In this document: positions 46,487 through 56,697 of the stretch, piece by piece
How the letters are laid out: each line of letters starts with the position of its first letter
How positions within the stretch are numbered: the first letter of the stretch is position 1
NCBI GenBank assembly: GCA_046052125.1
Contig: JBJOMY010000004.1
Location: forward strand, 192,001 to 256,000
DNA from: Cyanobacteriota bacterium
GTDB taxonomy: Bacteria; Cyanobacteriota; Cyanobacteriia; PCC-6307; Cyanobiaceae
Length of the DNA stretch: 64,000 nt
Direction: 5' to 3'
Position numbers and translations under genes: made by a program
Notes under the pieces: generated by a model
What the model saw: the letters and a program-made list of their open reading frames with translations, nothing else
Database searches by the model: none
Told to the model about the DNA's origin: nothing

Positions 46487-47220
46487 GCGGCGCCTCCGAG
46501 ATAGGCCGCAATCACCCGAGGATCCCGCTGGATCTGCTCCGGGGTGCCCAGAGCAATCAGTTGGCCGAAATCGAGCACCGCCAGGCGATGGCAGAGCTGC
46601 ATCAGCAGTGGCACGTGGTGCTCGATCACGATCAACGTGAGTTGATGGCGCTGGCGCAGCTCAGCCAGCAGCGCGCACAGCTGTTCTTTCTCGCTGGGGT
46701 TCATGCCAGCGGCGGGTTCATCGAGCAGCAACAGGTTTGGGCGGGTGGCGAGGGCCCGGGCGATTTCAAGGCAGCGACGGTTGCCATAGGAGAGGTTGTC
46801 GGCGCGGCGGTCGGCCAGATCGGCCAACCCCAGTTGCTCGAGCAGTTCCATGGCCTGAGCGTTGAGCGCCGCCTGCGCTTGGCGGCGATGCAGGGCCACC
46901 ACCACGTTTTCCAGCACCGTGAGGGCGCCGAAGAGCCGAAGATTCTGGAAGGTGCGGGCGATGCCCAGGCGGTTGAGCTGATCAGGCCGCAAGCCATGGG
47001 TGCTTCGGCCGCGCCAACGGATCGCGCCGGCGGATGCGGGTGTGACCCCTGAGAGCAGGTTGAACAGGGTGGTTTTGCCAGCTCCGTTGGGCCCGATCAG
47101 GCCGAAGATTTCTCCCTCCTGCACGCCGAAGCTCACATCGCTGAGGGCTTGAAGCCCGCCGAAGCGCCGGCCGACTCCATCCAGCGCCAACAGGGGCTCG
47201 CTGCTCTTGTGCGCGTTCAT
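46483..47220 (-). CDS. livG: branched-chain amino acid ABC transporter ATPase (LivG-like)
   Basis: GPNGAGKTT, RTFQN, LSYG, DEPAAGMN, IEHH. Confidence 0.9.
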   Translation of the reverse strand: MNAHKSSEPLLALDGVGRRFGGLQALSDVSFGVQEGEIFGLIGPNGAGKTTLFNLLSGVTPASAGAIRWRGRSTHGLRPDQLNRLGIARTFQNLRLFGALTVLENVVVALHRRQAQAALNAQAMELLEQLGLADLADRRADNLSYGNRRCLEIARALATRPNLLLLDEPAAGMNPSEKEQLCALLAELRQRHQLTLIVIEHHVPLLMQLCHRLAVLDFGQLIALGTPEQIQRDPRVIAAYLGGAA

Positions 47221-48080
47221 GGCTTCCACCTGCCGCAACGCTCCAGCAGGGCTGGTGTGATCAGACCCTGAGGAAACAACACCGGTCCCAGCAGGATCAC
47301 CAGGCCGAACAGCACCAGCCGCAGGTCGCCCACCGGCCGGAGCAGTTCCGGGAGGGCGGTGAGTACCAGGCCGCCCAGCACAGGTCCCAGCCAGCTGCGC
47401 GAGCCACCGAGGATCACAAAGGCCAGGGTGGTGACGGCCACATCAAAACTGCCTTGGCGGGCGTTCCAGGTGTTCAGGTAGTGAGCGGCAATCACGCCGG
47501 TCATCCCAGCGAGAGCGGCACTGGCGACGAAGGCGGTGAGCTTGACCCGGGTGGTGTTGATGCCCATGCACCGGCTCGCCAGTTCGTCGTCTCGGATGGC
47601 GGCCATGGAGCGGCCCAACCGGCTCGTTTCGATTCGCTGGCAAGCCCAGCCGCTCAGAGCGAGCAGGGCTCCGCTCAGCAACAGGTAGCCGAGGGGTTCG
47701 CGGAACGGTTGGGGGATGCCGAAGATGCCGGTGGCCCCGCCGGTGAAGGGAAGATTGAGGATCGCCACCCGCACGATCTCCACCAGGGCGATGGTGGCGA
47801 TGGCCAGATAAATCCCCCGCAGGCGCAGCACTGGTAAACCCACCAGCACAGCCAGGGCAGCGGTGAGGCCTGCGGCCAGCAGCATCTCCAGCAGCACGGC
47901 AGCCAGGCTGATGGTGGGCGCCGATGGCCCTTGAGTGGCCATCAGGGCAGCAAGGGTGCCGCCCACCGCATAGAAGGCCGGGGTGGCGAGCGAGAGCTGG
48001 CCAGCAGCCATCGGTAGGTACACCGAGAGCCCCAACAGCGCTCCCAGGATCATTTGCACCAGCAGGCCGTTATCAGGCAT
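47217..48080 (-). CDS. livM: branched-chain amino acid ABC permease (LivM-like)
   Basis: GQLSLA, LRLRGIYLAIAT, TGGATG, AIRDDE, LGGS. Confidence 0.88.
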   Translation of the reverse strand: MPDNGLLVQMILGALLGLSVYLPMAAGQLSLATPAFYAVGGTLAALMATQGPSAPTISLAAVLLEMLLAAGLTAALAVLVGLPVLRLRGIYLAIATIALVEIVRVAILNLPFTGGATGIFGIPQPFREPLGYLLLSGALLALSGWACQRIETSRLGRSMAAIRDDELASRCMGINTTRVKLTAFVASAALAGMTGVIAAHYLNTWNARQGSFDVAVTTLAFVILGGSRSWLGPVLGGLVLTALPELLRPVGDLRLVLFGLVILLGPVLFPQGLITPALLERCGRWKP

Positions 48081-48084
48081 CGGC

Positions 48085-49026
48085 TCAGACCTTCTCCAGC
48101 TGGCGGCGCCCCAGCAGTCCGTTGGGGCGCAGCAGCAGCACGGCAAACAACACGGCAAACGCGAGCGCATCGCGCCACCCGGAGGCCTCCGACGGGATCA
48201 AGGCTTCCGCCAGCCCCATCAGCAGACCTCCCGCGATCGCGCCCGGCACGCTGCCTAGCCCTCCGAGCACAAGCACCGCCAGCCCCTTGAGGCCGTAGCT
48301 GATGCCGAAATAGGGACCCGCCAAGCTCACGCTCATGCCGATCAGCCCGCCGCCGAGTCCGGCGAGCATGCCGCTAATTAGAAACGCGAGCCGCACGATC
48401 GCTTCGCTGTTGATTCCGAGCAAGGTGGCCGTGGTGGGATCCTCCGCCACAGCTCGCATCGCCTTGCCCGTGTGGCTGCGCTCCAGCCAGAGGCTCAGAG
48501 CGGCAACGGCCAGCGCCGAGATCAATAGCAGCAGCACCTGCACCGTGCGGATGCGGGCCCCGCCGATCAGCAGTGCATCCGGTAGTTGTGCCAGGGCCGC
48601 GGCGCCCTGGGGAAAGGCGTAGCCCTCCGCGCCCATGAGGATCTGGAGCAGGTTCACCAGCACCACACCCGCCCCGAGGCTGGTGATCAACGAGAGCAGA
48701 GGTTCTGCGCCACGTCGCCGCAGGGGCGCGAAGGCAATCCGTTCCACCACCAACGAGACCCCTCCAGCGCCGAGGGCCGCCAGCATCAGCGCGAGCCAGA
48801 ACGGCAAGCCCGCTGGCAACCCCCACCCCGGCAGCGCTCCGTTGACGCCGATCTTTCCGCCCATCAGTAGGAAGGTGAGGTAACCGCCGATGCTGAACAG
48901 GGCTCCCTGGGCGAAGTTGATTACCCCCAGCACCGAGAAGATCAAGGTGTAGCCAAGGGCCACCAGGGCGTAGACGCCACCGCTGGCGGCGCCATTCAGC
49001 AGGATCTGAAGCAGCGAGTCCATCAC
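48085..49026 (-). CDS. livH: branched-chain amino acid ABC permease (LivH-like)
   Basis: YALVALGYTLIF, INFAQG, GKAMRAVAED, LGGLGSVPGA, RPNGLLG. Confidence 0.9.
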   Translation of the reverse strand: MMDSLLQILLNGAASGGVYALVALGYTLIFSVLGVINFAQGALFSIGGYLTFLLMGGKIGVNGALPGWGLPAGLPFWLALMLAALGAGGVSLVVERIAFAPLRRRGAEPLLSLITSLGAGVVLVNLLQILMGAEGYAFPQGAAALAQLPDALLIGGARIRTVQVLLLLISALAVAALSLWLERSHTGKAMRAVAEDPTTATLLGINSEAIVRLAFLISGMLAGLGGGLIGMSVSLAGPYFGISYGLKGLAVLVLGGLGSVPGAIAGGLLMGLAEALIPSEASGWRDALAFAVLFAVLLLRPNGLLGRRQLEKV

Positions 49027-50321
49027 GGCTTGGCAGCCTCCGGTGAGCTGTCCGTGCTCACCTGGATTTCACGGACCAGGCCGAAACGCCCGTCGCGGCC
49101 GCTGGCGTTCATGCTCACTTCCGCCACATAGAAACGGCCCTGAACCACCTCCCCATCGGGGCGGAAGTGAATCGGCCCCAGCGGCGTGTCGTACCGCCCA
49201 GCCAGCAATTCCTGCATGAGCCTGCGGCGTGCCTCCCCCAGGGTGACCCCTTCGAGGCCCCCGCGCTTTTGCAGCCGTTGGATGGCTTCGAACAGCACTT
49301 GATAGGCGCTCCAGGCCTGGGCGCTGATCTGGCCAGGCGTGCGGTTGCCATTGGCTTCGCGGAACAGGCGCCGGAACGTTGTGTTGATCGGTGTGTTGAG
49401 GTCGGGGCTGTAGGCCTGGGCGATCAGCACGCCATCACACCAGCGCTGACAGATCGGATAGATGTTCGGCGTGTTGAGGCCGTTGCCCACCACAATCTGC
49501 CCGCGATAGCCCAGCTCCCGTAACTGCCGGATCAGGTTCCCGCCATCCACCGCCTGCGCGGAGATCACCACCAGCTCCGGCCGTTGTTGCAGTGCGGCGG
49601 TGATCGGGTTCTGGAAATCGTTGTCGGCCAGTTGGGTGCGCTGCACGCTCACGGGCTTGAGGCCACGCTCTGCCAGTGCTCGCTGGAAAATCGCTGTTTC
49701 TGCGGTGCTGTAGGCGTCGTCCTGGGCGAAGAACACGGCGACGCGGCGGATGCCTGGCTCGCGGCGCAGCGCTTCATCGAGCGAGAGCGGCGCGATCACC
49801 GAGCTCTGGGCTGAGACGCGGCTGATAAAAAAGCCGATCTGCGGGATGCCCTTGGCGGTGTTGGAGGGGGCCACCACCGGTACCCCTTGGCGCTGGCCGA
49901 TCGGATCGGCAGCGAAGGCCTGTTGGGAGAGGGTCGGTCCGATCAGGGCGATCACCCCCCGGCGGATCAGCAGGTTGAAGGCTGCGATGGCGCTGGGCTC
50001 ATCGGAGGCGCCGTCTTCGAGTTGTAGCCGCACGGGTCGTGGGTGCGGCGTGGCGCTGAACCAGCGCTGCGCCAGGTTGATGCCCATGCGTTGGTCTTGG
50101 CCGTAGAGGTTCGCATTGCCCGTCAGGGCGATAGCAGCCCCCAAAGTCAGGGCTCCATGGGCGGAGCTGGCCGGCGGGAGCGTCTTGGTTGCCGGGTCGC
50201 TGCTGCGTCCGAGAGCAGCAAGTGCGGCGATGCCTGCGGCGATCACCACAGCCAGGCGTGTGCTTCCACGCCGCCTGGCTGTGAGTGCGTCGATGCTGCT
50301 CAGGCCACCGCTGCGAAGCAT
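49023..50321 (-). CDS. LivK/LivJ-family substrate-binding protein (start approximate)
   Basis: [30 protein letters not shown]; precedes livHMGF. Confidence 0.85.
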   Translation of the reverse strand: MLRSGGLSSIDALTARRRGSTRLAVVIAAGIAALAALGRSSDPATKTLPPASSAHGALTLGAAIALTGNANLYGQDQRMGINLAQRWFSATPHPRPVRLQLEDGASDEPSAIAAFNLLIRRGVIALIGPTLSQQAFAADPIGQRQGVPVVAPSNTAKGIPQIGFFISRVSAQSSVIAPLSLDEALRREPGIRRVAVFFAQDDAYSTAETAIFQRALAERGLKPVSVQRTQLADNDFQNPITAALQQRPELVVISAQAVDGGNLIRQLRELGYRGQIVVGNGLNTPNIYPICQRWCDGVLIAQAYSPDLNTPINTTFRRLFREANGNRTPGQISAQAWSAYQVLFEAIQRLQKRGGLEGVTLGEARRRLMQELLAGRYDTPLGPIHFRPDGEVVQGRFYVAEVSMNASGRDGRFGLVREIQVSTDSSPEAAKP

Positions 50322-51616
50322 TCGCGGAAGGCGGCGATGGTGGCGTCGATGTCTTCGTCGCTGTGGGCCAGGGAGGTGAAGCCAGCCTCGAAGGCGCTGG
50401 GGGCCAGGTAGATGCCGCGCTCGAGCATGGCGCGGTGCAGCTTGCCGAAGCGCACGGTGTCGGCGGCCTTGGCCTCCTCGAAGTTGCGCACCGGGCCTTC
50501 GCAGAGGAAGAAGCCGAACATGGCGCTGATCGAACCGCCGGTGATCGGCAGGCCGGCGCTCCGAGCCGCATCCATGATGCCGTCGATCAGGCGCTTGGTG
50601 ATCGCCTCGAGCCGCTCGTAGCTGCCGGGCTGCTTGAGCAGCTCCAGAGTTTTGATGCCGGCGGTCATCGCCAGGGGGTTACCGCTCAGGGTGCCGGCCT
50701 GATACATCGGGCCGGCGGGGGCCACCATGCTCATGATGTCGGCGCGGCCGCCGTAGGCGCCCACGGGCAGGCCGCCGCCGATCACCTTGCCCATGGTGGT
50801 GAGGTCGGGGGTGATGCCGAACTTGGCCTGGGCACCGCCGTAGCTGATGCGGAAGCCGGTCATCACTTCGTCGAACACCAGCAGCGCGCCGTTCTCCTTG
50901 GTGAGCTCGCGGATGCCTTCGAGGAAGCCGGGCTCAGGGGTGATGAAACCGGCGTTGCCCACCACGGGCTCCAGGATCACGCCGGCGATTTCACCGGGGT
51001 TCTCGGCGAAGAGCTGCTTCACCGCTTCCAGATCGTTGTAGGGAGCGGTGAGGGTGCTGGCGGCGGTGGTGCGCGGCACACCGGGGGAGTCGGGCAGGCC
51101 GAGGGTGGCCACACCGGAGCCGGCCTTCACTAGGAACATGTCCGCGTGGCCGTGGTAGCAGCCTTCGAACTTGATGATCTTTTCGCGCCCGGTGAAGGCG
51201 CGCATCAGGCGCAGCACCGACATGCAGGCCTCGGTGCCGCTGTTCACGAAGCGCACCATCTCCACCGACGGCACGGCGTCGATCACCATCTCTGCCAGCT
51301 TGTTCTCCAGGGCGCAGGGGGCGCCGAAGCTGGTGCCCTTCTCCAGGGCGTCGTGGAGAGCTGCGATCACCTCGGGGTGAGCGTGGCCGCAGATGGCCGG
51401 GCCCCAGCTGCCGATGTAATCGATGTAGCGGTTGCCGTCCACGTCCCAGGCGTAGGCGCCCTTGACGCGGTCAAACACGATCGGCTGCCCGCCTACGGAG
51501 CGGAAGGCGCGCACCGGCGAGCTCACGCCACCGGGCATCAGCGTCTGGGCGGCACTGAAGAGTTCCTGGGACCGGGTGGTGTTGTGCACGGGAGCCGAAA
51601 CAGGTGCCGAGGTCAA
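50300..51616 (-). CDS. hemL: glutamate-1-semialdehyde 2,1-aminomutase (start approximate)
   Basis: [51 protein letters not shown]. Confidence 0.97.
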   Translation of the reverse strand: MTSAPVSAPVHNTTRSQELFSAAQTLMPGGVSSPVRAFRSVGGQPIVFDRVKGAYAWDVDGNRYIDYIGSWGPAICGHAHPEVIAALHDALEKGTSFGAPCALENKLAEMVIDAVPSVEMVRFVNSGTEACMSVLRLMRAFTGREKIIKFEGCYHGHADMFLVKAGSGVATLGLPDSPGVPRTTAASTLTAPYNDLEAVKQLFAENPGEIAGVILEPVVGNAGFITPEPGFLEGIRELTKENGALLVFDEVMTGFRISYGGAQAKFGITPDLTTMGKVIGGGLPVGAYGGRADIMSMVAPAGPMYQAGTLSGNPLAMTAGIKTLELLKQPGSYERLEAITKRLIDGIMDAARSAGLPITGGSISAMFGFFLCEGPVRNFEEAKAADTVRFGKLHRAMLERGIYLAPSAFEAGFTSLAHSDEDIDATIAAFRECFAAVA

Positions 51617-51724
51617 AACGGAATCCGTAGACGGGAGCTTGAGCGCACCATCCTTACGCAATCACCGGCTTGTGAGTCCAGCGGCGCTGGTCTCGTTAAG
51701 GTCTTGCCACCACTGCCCAAGCCT

Positions 51725-53200
51725 GTGACGCCTGACTGGGCCTTGCTGGAACGCCGCCTGAGGGCTTTGCTGCCTGCCCGCGCTGTCGTGAGCAAGCGTC
51801 AGGAGTTGCTGGCCTACGACTGTGATGGCCTCACCCTGAATCGCCATCAGCCCCCGCTGGTGGTGCTGCCGGAGAGCACCGAGCAGGTGGCTGCCGTGGT
51901 GAGGCTTTGCGCAGAGCTGGAGGTGCCATTCATTGCCCGCGGCAGCGGCACCGGCCTCTCCGGGGGAGCGCTGGCGGAGCAGCCGGCTCTGGTGATCGCC
52001 ACCAGCCGCATGCGCCGGGTGTTGGAAGTGGATCTGGCCAATGAACGGATCACCGTTGAGCCGGGGGTGATCAACAGCTGGGTGACCCGGGCTGTGGTCG
52101 GTGATGGCTTCTATTACGCCCCCGATCCCTCCAGCCAGGTGGCTTGCAGCATCGGCGGCAACGTCGCCGAAAACTCCGGCGGGGTTCATTGCCTCAAATA
52201 CGGCGTAACCAGTAACCACGTTCTCGCAATGGACGTGGTGCTGCCCGATGGCACGGTCACCACGCTCGGCGGTGCTGTGCCGGAGATGCCCGGCCTGGAT
52301 CTGCGGGGTGTGTTTATCGGTAGTGAGGGCACCCTCGGCATCGCCACTGCCATCACCCTGCGGCTGCTGCGCACTCCGCAAACGGTGGCGGTGCTCCTGG
52401 CGGATTTCGCCTCGATGGAGGCGGCCGGCGAGGCGGTGCGGCTGATCACCGGCGCCGGCGTGCTGCCAGCGGGCATGGAAATGATGGATAACCCCTGCAT
52501 CCAGGCCGTGGATGACTTCTTCGGGGTGGATGAATACCCGCGCGAAGCGGCAGCGGTGCTGTTGATCGAGCTCGACGGCCACGCTCTGGAGGTGAAGGAG
52601 TCGGTGGAGATCGCCAGCCGCCTCTGCCTGGATGCCGGCGCTGGTGCGGTGCGGGAGGCTTGGAGTGAAGAGGCGCGGGCGCGGCTCTGGAAAGGACGCA
52701 AGAGTGCGATTTCAGCGCTCGGTCGCCAGTTCCCCAGCTATTACCTCCAGGACGGTGTGGTGCCTCGCACCGCCCTGCCAGGGGTGCTTGCCGCCATCGA
52801 TCGGCTCAGCGCGGAGCATGGCCTTGCCGTTGCCAATGTCTTTCACGCCGGCGACGGCAATCTTCACCCCCTGATCCTTTACCGGGCCGGTGAAGAGGGA
52901 GTGAATGAACGGGTGAAGGCCCTCGGCGCTGAGATCCTCCGGCTGTGCATCGAGGCGGGCGGCAGCATCAGCGGCGAGCACGGTGTGGGCAGCGATAAAC
53001 GCTGCTACATGGATTGGATGTTCAGCGCCGATGACCAGGCCACGATGCAATTGGTGCGTCACGCCTTTGATCCGGAGGGTCTGGCCAATCCGGGCAAGAT
53101 TTTTCCCACGCCCCGCAGCTGCGGCGAGTCGCACCGGCGCTGGCAGGAGCTCAAGGCTGGTCAGCCAGCGTCTCCGCTTGCGGCCCTTGAGGTGGTGTGA
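51725..53200 (+). CDS. glcD: glycolate dehydrogenase FAD subunit (start approximate)
   Basis: RGSGTGLSGG, APDPSS, GGNVAENSGG, GSEGTLG, HAGDGNLH, SGEHGVG, NPGK. Confidence 0.88.
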   Translation: MTPDWALLERRLRALLPARAVVSKRQELLAYDCDGLTLNRHQPPLVVLPESTEQVAAVVRLCAELEVPFIARGSGTGLSGGALAEQPALVIATSRMRRVLEVDLANERITVEPGVINSWVTRAVVGDGFYYAPDPSSQVACSIGGNVAENSGGVHCLKYGVTSNHVLAMDVVLPDGTVTTLGGAVPEMPGLDLRGVFIGSEGTLGIATAITLRLLRTPQTVAVLLADFASMEAAGEAVRLITGAGVLPAGMEMMDNPCIQAVDDFFGVDEYPREAAAVLLIELDGHALEVKESVEIASRLCLDAGAGAVREAWSEEARARLWKGRKSAISALGRQFPSYYLQDGVVPRTALPGVLAAIDRLSAEHGLAVANVFHAGDGNLHPLILYRAGEEGVNERVKALGAEILRLCIEAGGSISGEHGVGSDKRCYMDWMFSADDQATMQLVRHAFDPEGLANPGKIFPTPRSCGESHRRWQELKAGQPASPLAALEVV

Positions 53201-53256
53201 AGCTGCCCTGCCAGAAACCTCTGAGTTGAAGGGCGATTCCAATCGCTGCGGGGTGT

Positions 53257-54075
53257 TTATTCATCCTCTTCGTCTTCAAGATCCCATTCCAGGTTCACCA
53301 TCACCGGCGCGTGATCGCTGGGTTGGGTGTTCCCCCTAGGTGTCCGGTCGATCACGCAGCCTGTGGCGCAATCCACCAGCTCAGGGCTGAGATAAATGTG
53401 GTCAATCCGCCATCCCTGGTCTCGGTCCCAGGCGCCACTGCGATAGTCCCACCAGCTCCAGTGGCCTGCGGCTGGTTCAAAGAGGCGGAAGGCATCGCTG
53501 AGTCGATCGCCGATCACCACCTGCAAAGCCTCGCGCTCAGGCGCACTTGCCATGATTCCTCCCGTAAGGCGCTGAGGATCATGCAGGTCGCGATCCTCCG
53601 GCCCGATGTTGAAGTCACCCACCATGCAGAGCGGATCGCCCTGTTCTTCCTGGATCTGGAGATAGCGCTTGAGGCAGTTCAGCCACTCGAGCTTGTAGCC
53701 GTATTTCTCACTGCTCAGCGAGCTGCCATTGGGAACGTAGAGATTGAGCACCCGGATGCCATCAATCAACGCGCTGATCACCCGCTTCTGTTCGCTCAGC
53801 CGTGGCGCCTCAGGATCGCTGGGCAGTAGAGCGTCGAAGCCGATCTGCACGTCCTCCATTGGCAAACGGCTGATCAAGCCGACGCCGTTGTAGGCCTTTT
53901 GGCCACTGATGGCGCAGTGGTATCCCAGTTGTTCAAAGGCGGCATGGGGGAAGAGTTCATCGGCCACCTTCGTTTCCTGCAGGCAGAGCACATCGGGTTG
54001 TGCCTGCTCCAGCCAGGCCACCACCTGATCCAGCCGGGTGCGCACCGAGTTCACATTCCAACTGGCAATGCGCAT
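53257..54075 (-). CDS. xth: exodeoxyribonuclease III / AP endonuclease
   Basis: SWNVNS, LQETK, YNGV, YVPNG, GDFN, WWDYR, RIDH, SDHAP. Confidence 0.95.
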   Translation of the reverse strand: MRIASWNVNSVRTRLDQVVAWLEQAQPDVLCLQETKVADELFPHAAFEQLGYHCAISGQKAYNGVGLISRLPMEDVQIGFDALLPSDPEAPRLSEQKRVISALIDGIRVLNLYVPNGSSLSSEKYGYKLEWLNCLKRYLQIQEEQGDPLCMVGDFNIGPEDRDLHDPQRLTGGIMASAPEREALQVVIGDRLSDAFRLFEPAAGHWSWWDYRSGAWDRDQGWRIDHIYLSPELVDCATGCVIDRTPRGNTQPSDHAPVMVNLEWDLEDEEDE

Positions 54076-54158
54076 GGGTCGTGGAGGCGTGCAGCCGTGC
54101 TCTCGGAGGCCCAAGCTTCTCGCAGGGCCCGTAGATTCGATCCAACCGCTTTGCTCTC

Positions 54159-54482
54159 TTGGGTCGCAACGTTCGGCGCTTGAGCGGCCTCCTCGCCATC
54201 CTGGCGGCCGGGGTCTATGGCCAGCCGGTCTGGGCCGACTTCAATTCCTGGGGCGTCTCCACCCAGGAAAAACAGATTTACGACTACGGCCCAGCAGGCA
54301 CCAACGGCACGTCGAAGCAGGGCTCCATTCTCGACAGCACCAACCCGATCGATCTGATGAACAAGATCCGTCGCGGCACGGCGATGGACGACGCCACCTC
54401 CCCCGGCGATGCGGTGGATGCAGCGCTTAAGGATTTGGATGCTCAGTCGTCGGGGCCTTCGTCTCAGGTGAAGGCGCCGTAG
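54159..54482 (+). CDS. small exported hypothetical protein
   Basis: signal-peptide-like N-terminus; LDSTNPIDLMNKIRRGTAMDDATSPGDAVDAAL core. Confidence 0.7.
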   Translation: MGRNVRRLSGLLAILAAGVYGQPVWADFNSWGVSTQEKQIYDYGPAGTNGTSKQGSILDSTNPIDLMNKIRRGTAMDDATSPGDAVDAALKDLDAQSSGPSSQVKAP

Positions 54483-55272
54483 CAGTTGGCTTCTTTCTCA
54501 GGTTGCTCAGCCCCCAGCTGGCGGCCACCTGATCCAGTCGTGTGTCCTTGTTACCCGGTTGCCGCTGGCGTGCCAGTGCCAGGGCATCCTGGGCCCCTTT
54601 GTCATCGCCCAGTTCCTGGCGCAAGAGCGCCAGGGCCAGCAGCGGTCTTGGGTCGCGCGGAAAGGCTGCAGCCAGCTTCGTGTAGGTGGCGGTGGCTTCC
54701 GCCGTCTGACCCATCCGCTGCTGCAGATCGCCGAGCAGCAGGCTGAGAGGCAGCACCTGCGGTTGCAGCGCTGGTTTGCTGGCTTTCTCAATCAGCCCCT
54801 TCAGCTGCGCCTGAGCTTGGCCGCCGCGACCCTGCTCCAGTTGCAGCAAGGTCATTAGCTGCAGAGCCTCGATGCGGTTGGGACTGAGGTTGAGCAGTTG
54901 TCGCAGCTCTCGTTCTGCAGCAGCACGATCGTTGTTGTTGCGATGCAGTTCTGCGAGCAGCAGGCGCAGCTGCCAGCGTTGCGGTTGCTGGTCGGCCAAC
55001 TGCTCCAGCAAAACGCTGGCTTCCTGGGGTTGGTTCAGCACCAGCAGCAGTTGCACTAGGCGTTGTTGTTCGGCATCGCTGGCGTTTCCCTGGTTGAGCC
55101 GTTGCCGCAGCTGATCGGCCTGGCGCTGTAGCGCGGCTGTTGAACGTTGGCTTTCAGCTCCACGGCTGTGCTGTCCCAGCCACCAACCCCCGGCTAAGGA
55201 GCCGCCCACCACAACAAACGCACCCAGGCTGAGCAGCAACCCACGGACATTGGTGCTGGCGCGTGGCGGCAT
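54427..55272 (-). CDS. membrane-anchored TPR protein
   Basis: N-terminal TM segment plus repeated TPR-like helix pairs ending in Pro. Confidence 0.75.
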   Translation of the reverse strand: MPPRASTNVRGLLLSLGAFVVVGGSLAGGWWLGQHSRGAESQRSTAALQRQADQLRQRLNQGNASDAEQQRLVQLLLVLNQPQEASVLLEQLADQQPQRWQLRLLLAELHRNNNDRAAAERELRQLLNLSPNRIEALQLMTLLQLEQGRGGQAQAQLKGLIEKASKPALQPQVLPLSLLLGDLQQRMGQTAEATATYTKLAAAFPRDPRPLLALALLRQELGDDKGAQDALALARQRQPGNKDTRLDQVAASWGLSNLRKKPTATAPSPETKAPTTEHPNP

Positions 55273-55375
55273 GGTTCAGCGCGTTGATGCCCTTCAGTCT
55301 GGGGCCATGGCAAGGGCTGGTTACATTGGCGGCCGGGCCATGGACAACACGAGCGCCCAGAGGGTTCCAGCCACG

Positions 55376-56035
55376 ATGCGTCAACACCCCATTTCCCCGG
55401 TCACCGAACCGATGCAGTACCGGGCCATCGGTGTTGTGCGTGGGACTTATGTGCCCGAGGACTCGGAGCAGCTCACCCGTGGTGTTCTACAGGCTGAGGA
55501 CGGCACGGAGATCGAGGCTGTGGTGCTCGGCCGCGTGCTCACGCTGATGCGGCGCCACCTCGATCTGAGCAAGCCTCATCTGTGGGTGGCCTACCCGCGT
55601 TTCCGCGATCCCGACAAGCTGCACTTACAGCTGGTGGGCGTGTGGGAGCCCAGCACCCTGGCGGCCACGGCCATTGCTACCCAGAGTCCAGCCGAGGCTG
55701 AAGGTGATGCCACCCCGAGCGACGATCTGCCGGAGGGCGATGGCTATTTCTCCGTCCGCGGCGAACTGATCTACACCCGCCCTGAAGAGGGCGATCTGGT
55801 GGTGAAGATCCGCCAGCAACCCCGAGCCGATGGCTCCCGCCCCACCCCCTTCAAGCTGCAGCTCCGCGGAGAAATCGCTCCAGAGCACCTGCGCCACTTT
55901 GTTTCGCTCGATCTGCGCCGCCAGGGCCAGCAGCTGCAAGTGGAGCAACACGAGGTGATCGCCCCGGTGCCCCAACGCGCTGGCAAGGGCCGTGGCCCCG
56001 GCCGAGGTGGTCGTCCCGGCGGCGGTCGGCGCTAA
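55376..56035 (+). CDS. conserved cyanobacterial hypothetical protein
   Basis: HPISPVTEPMQYRAIGVVRGTY, HLWVAYPR, QLVGVWEPSTL, YFSVRGE. Confidence 0.75.
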   Translation: MRQHPISPVTEPMQYRAIGVVRGTYVPEDSEQLTRGVLQAEDGTEIEAVVLGRVLTLMRRHLDLSKPHLWVAYPRFRDPDKLHLQLVGVWEPSTLAATAIATQSPAEAEGDATPSDDLPEGDGYFSVRGELIYTRPEEGDLVVKIRQQPRADGSRPTPFKLQLRGEIAPEHLRHFVSLDLRRQGQQLQVEQHEVIAPVPQRAGKGRGPGRGGRPGGGRR

Positions 56036-56037
56036 CG

Positions 56038-56697
56038 ATGACGGCCCCGGAGCGATTCCCCAGCTCCGATCAAGGCTCCACAGCGGCCTTGTCCGCCGGT
56101 GCGGCCGTTGCCGGAATCACTGTTTTGGCGGTGGTCGGCCCACCGCTGGGCCTCTCTCCGTGGTTGATCGCCCTTGCTGCCGGAGGCGGCCTGGTGGCTC
56201 TCACGGTGGATGCGGCCCGCTTCGGTGGCTTGGGGGGGCACCTGCTGGCGGAGTCGTTGCCGGTTGGGATCGGCATGGCGCGCTTGCGCCGGATTGCGAT
56301 TCATGAGGCAGGGCATGTGCTTGTGGCGGCTGACAATCAGCTGCCTGTGAAACAAGTGCTGGTGGGCAGCCGCGCCTGCCTGCGCGAGGGGCTAAGCGCC
56401 AACGGCAGCACGCAGCTCGAACCTCCCGCCCACGCCAAATTGCCGCTGGAGGATCTGCGTCGCTGGAGCCGGGTGCTGCAGGCCGGGATGTTGGCTGAGC
56501 AGTTGGTGTACGGAGGCTCCCGCGGTGGAGCGGATGATCGGGCTCTGCTCGGCAGGCTCTGGGGCCTGTCCGGGTACGACGTGTCTACCGCCCAGCAGGA
56601 GCAGCGCCGCGCTCGCCGCGAGGTGGAGCAGTGGTTGCGGCAGCGCCGCTCCGAACTGGAGCAGCGCGCCGATCTGTTGCTGGTCGAAGCGCGATGA
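56038..56697 (+). CDS. membrane-bound M41/FtsH-like zinc protease domain without an AAA domain
   Basis: IHEAGH (HExxH), AGMLAE, GGADD; N-terminal TM segments. Confidence 0.8.
   Translation: MTAPERFPSSDQGSTAALSAGAAVAGITVLAVVGPPLGLSPWLIALAAGGGLVALTVDAARFGGLGGHLLAESLPVGIGMARLRRIAIHEAGHVLVAADNQLPVKQVLVGSRACLREGLSANGSTQLEPPAHAKLPLEDLRRWSRVLQAGMLAEQLVYGGSRGGADDRALLGRLWGLSGYDVSTAQQEQRRARREVEQWLRQRRSELEQRADLLLVEAR

Noticed and set aside
51146..51724. Apparent 190-aa N-terminal extension of glcD (684-aa ORF)
   Set aside because: It is the antisense shadow of hemL; GlcD similarity begins only near 51725
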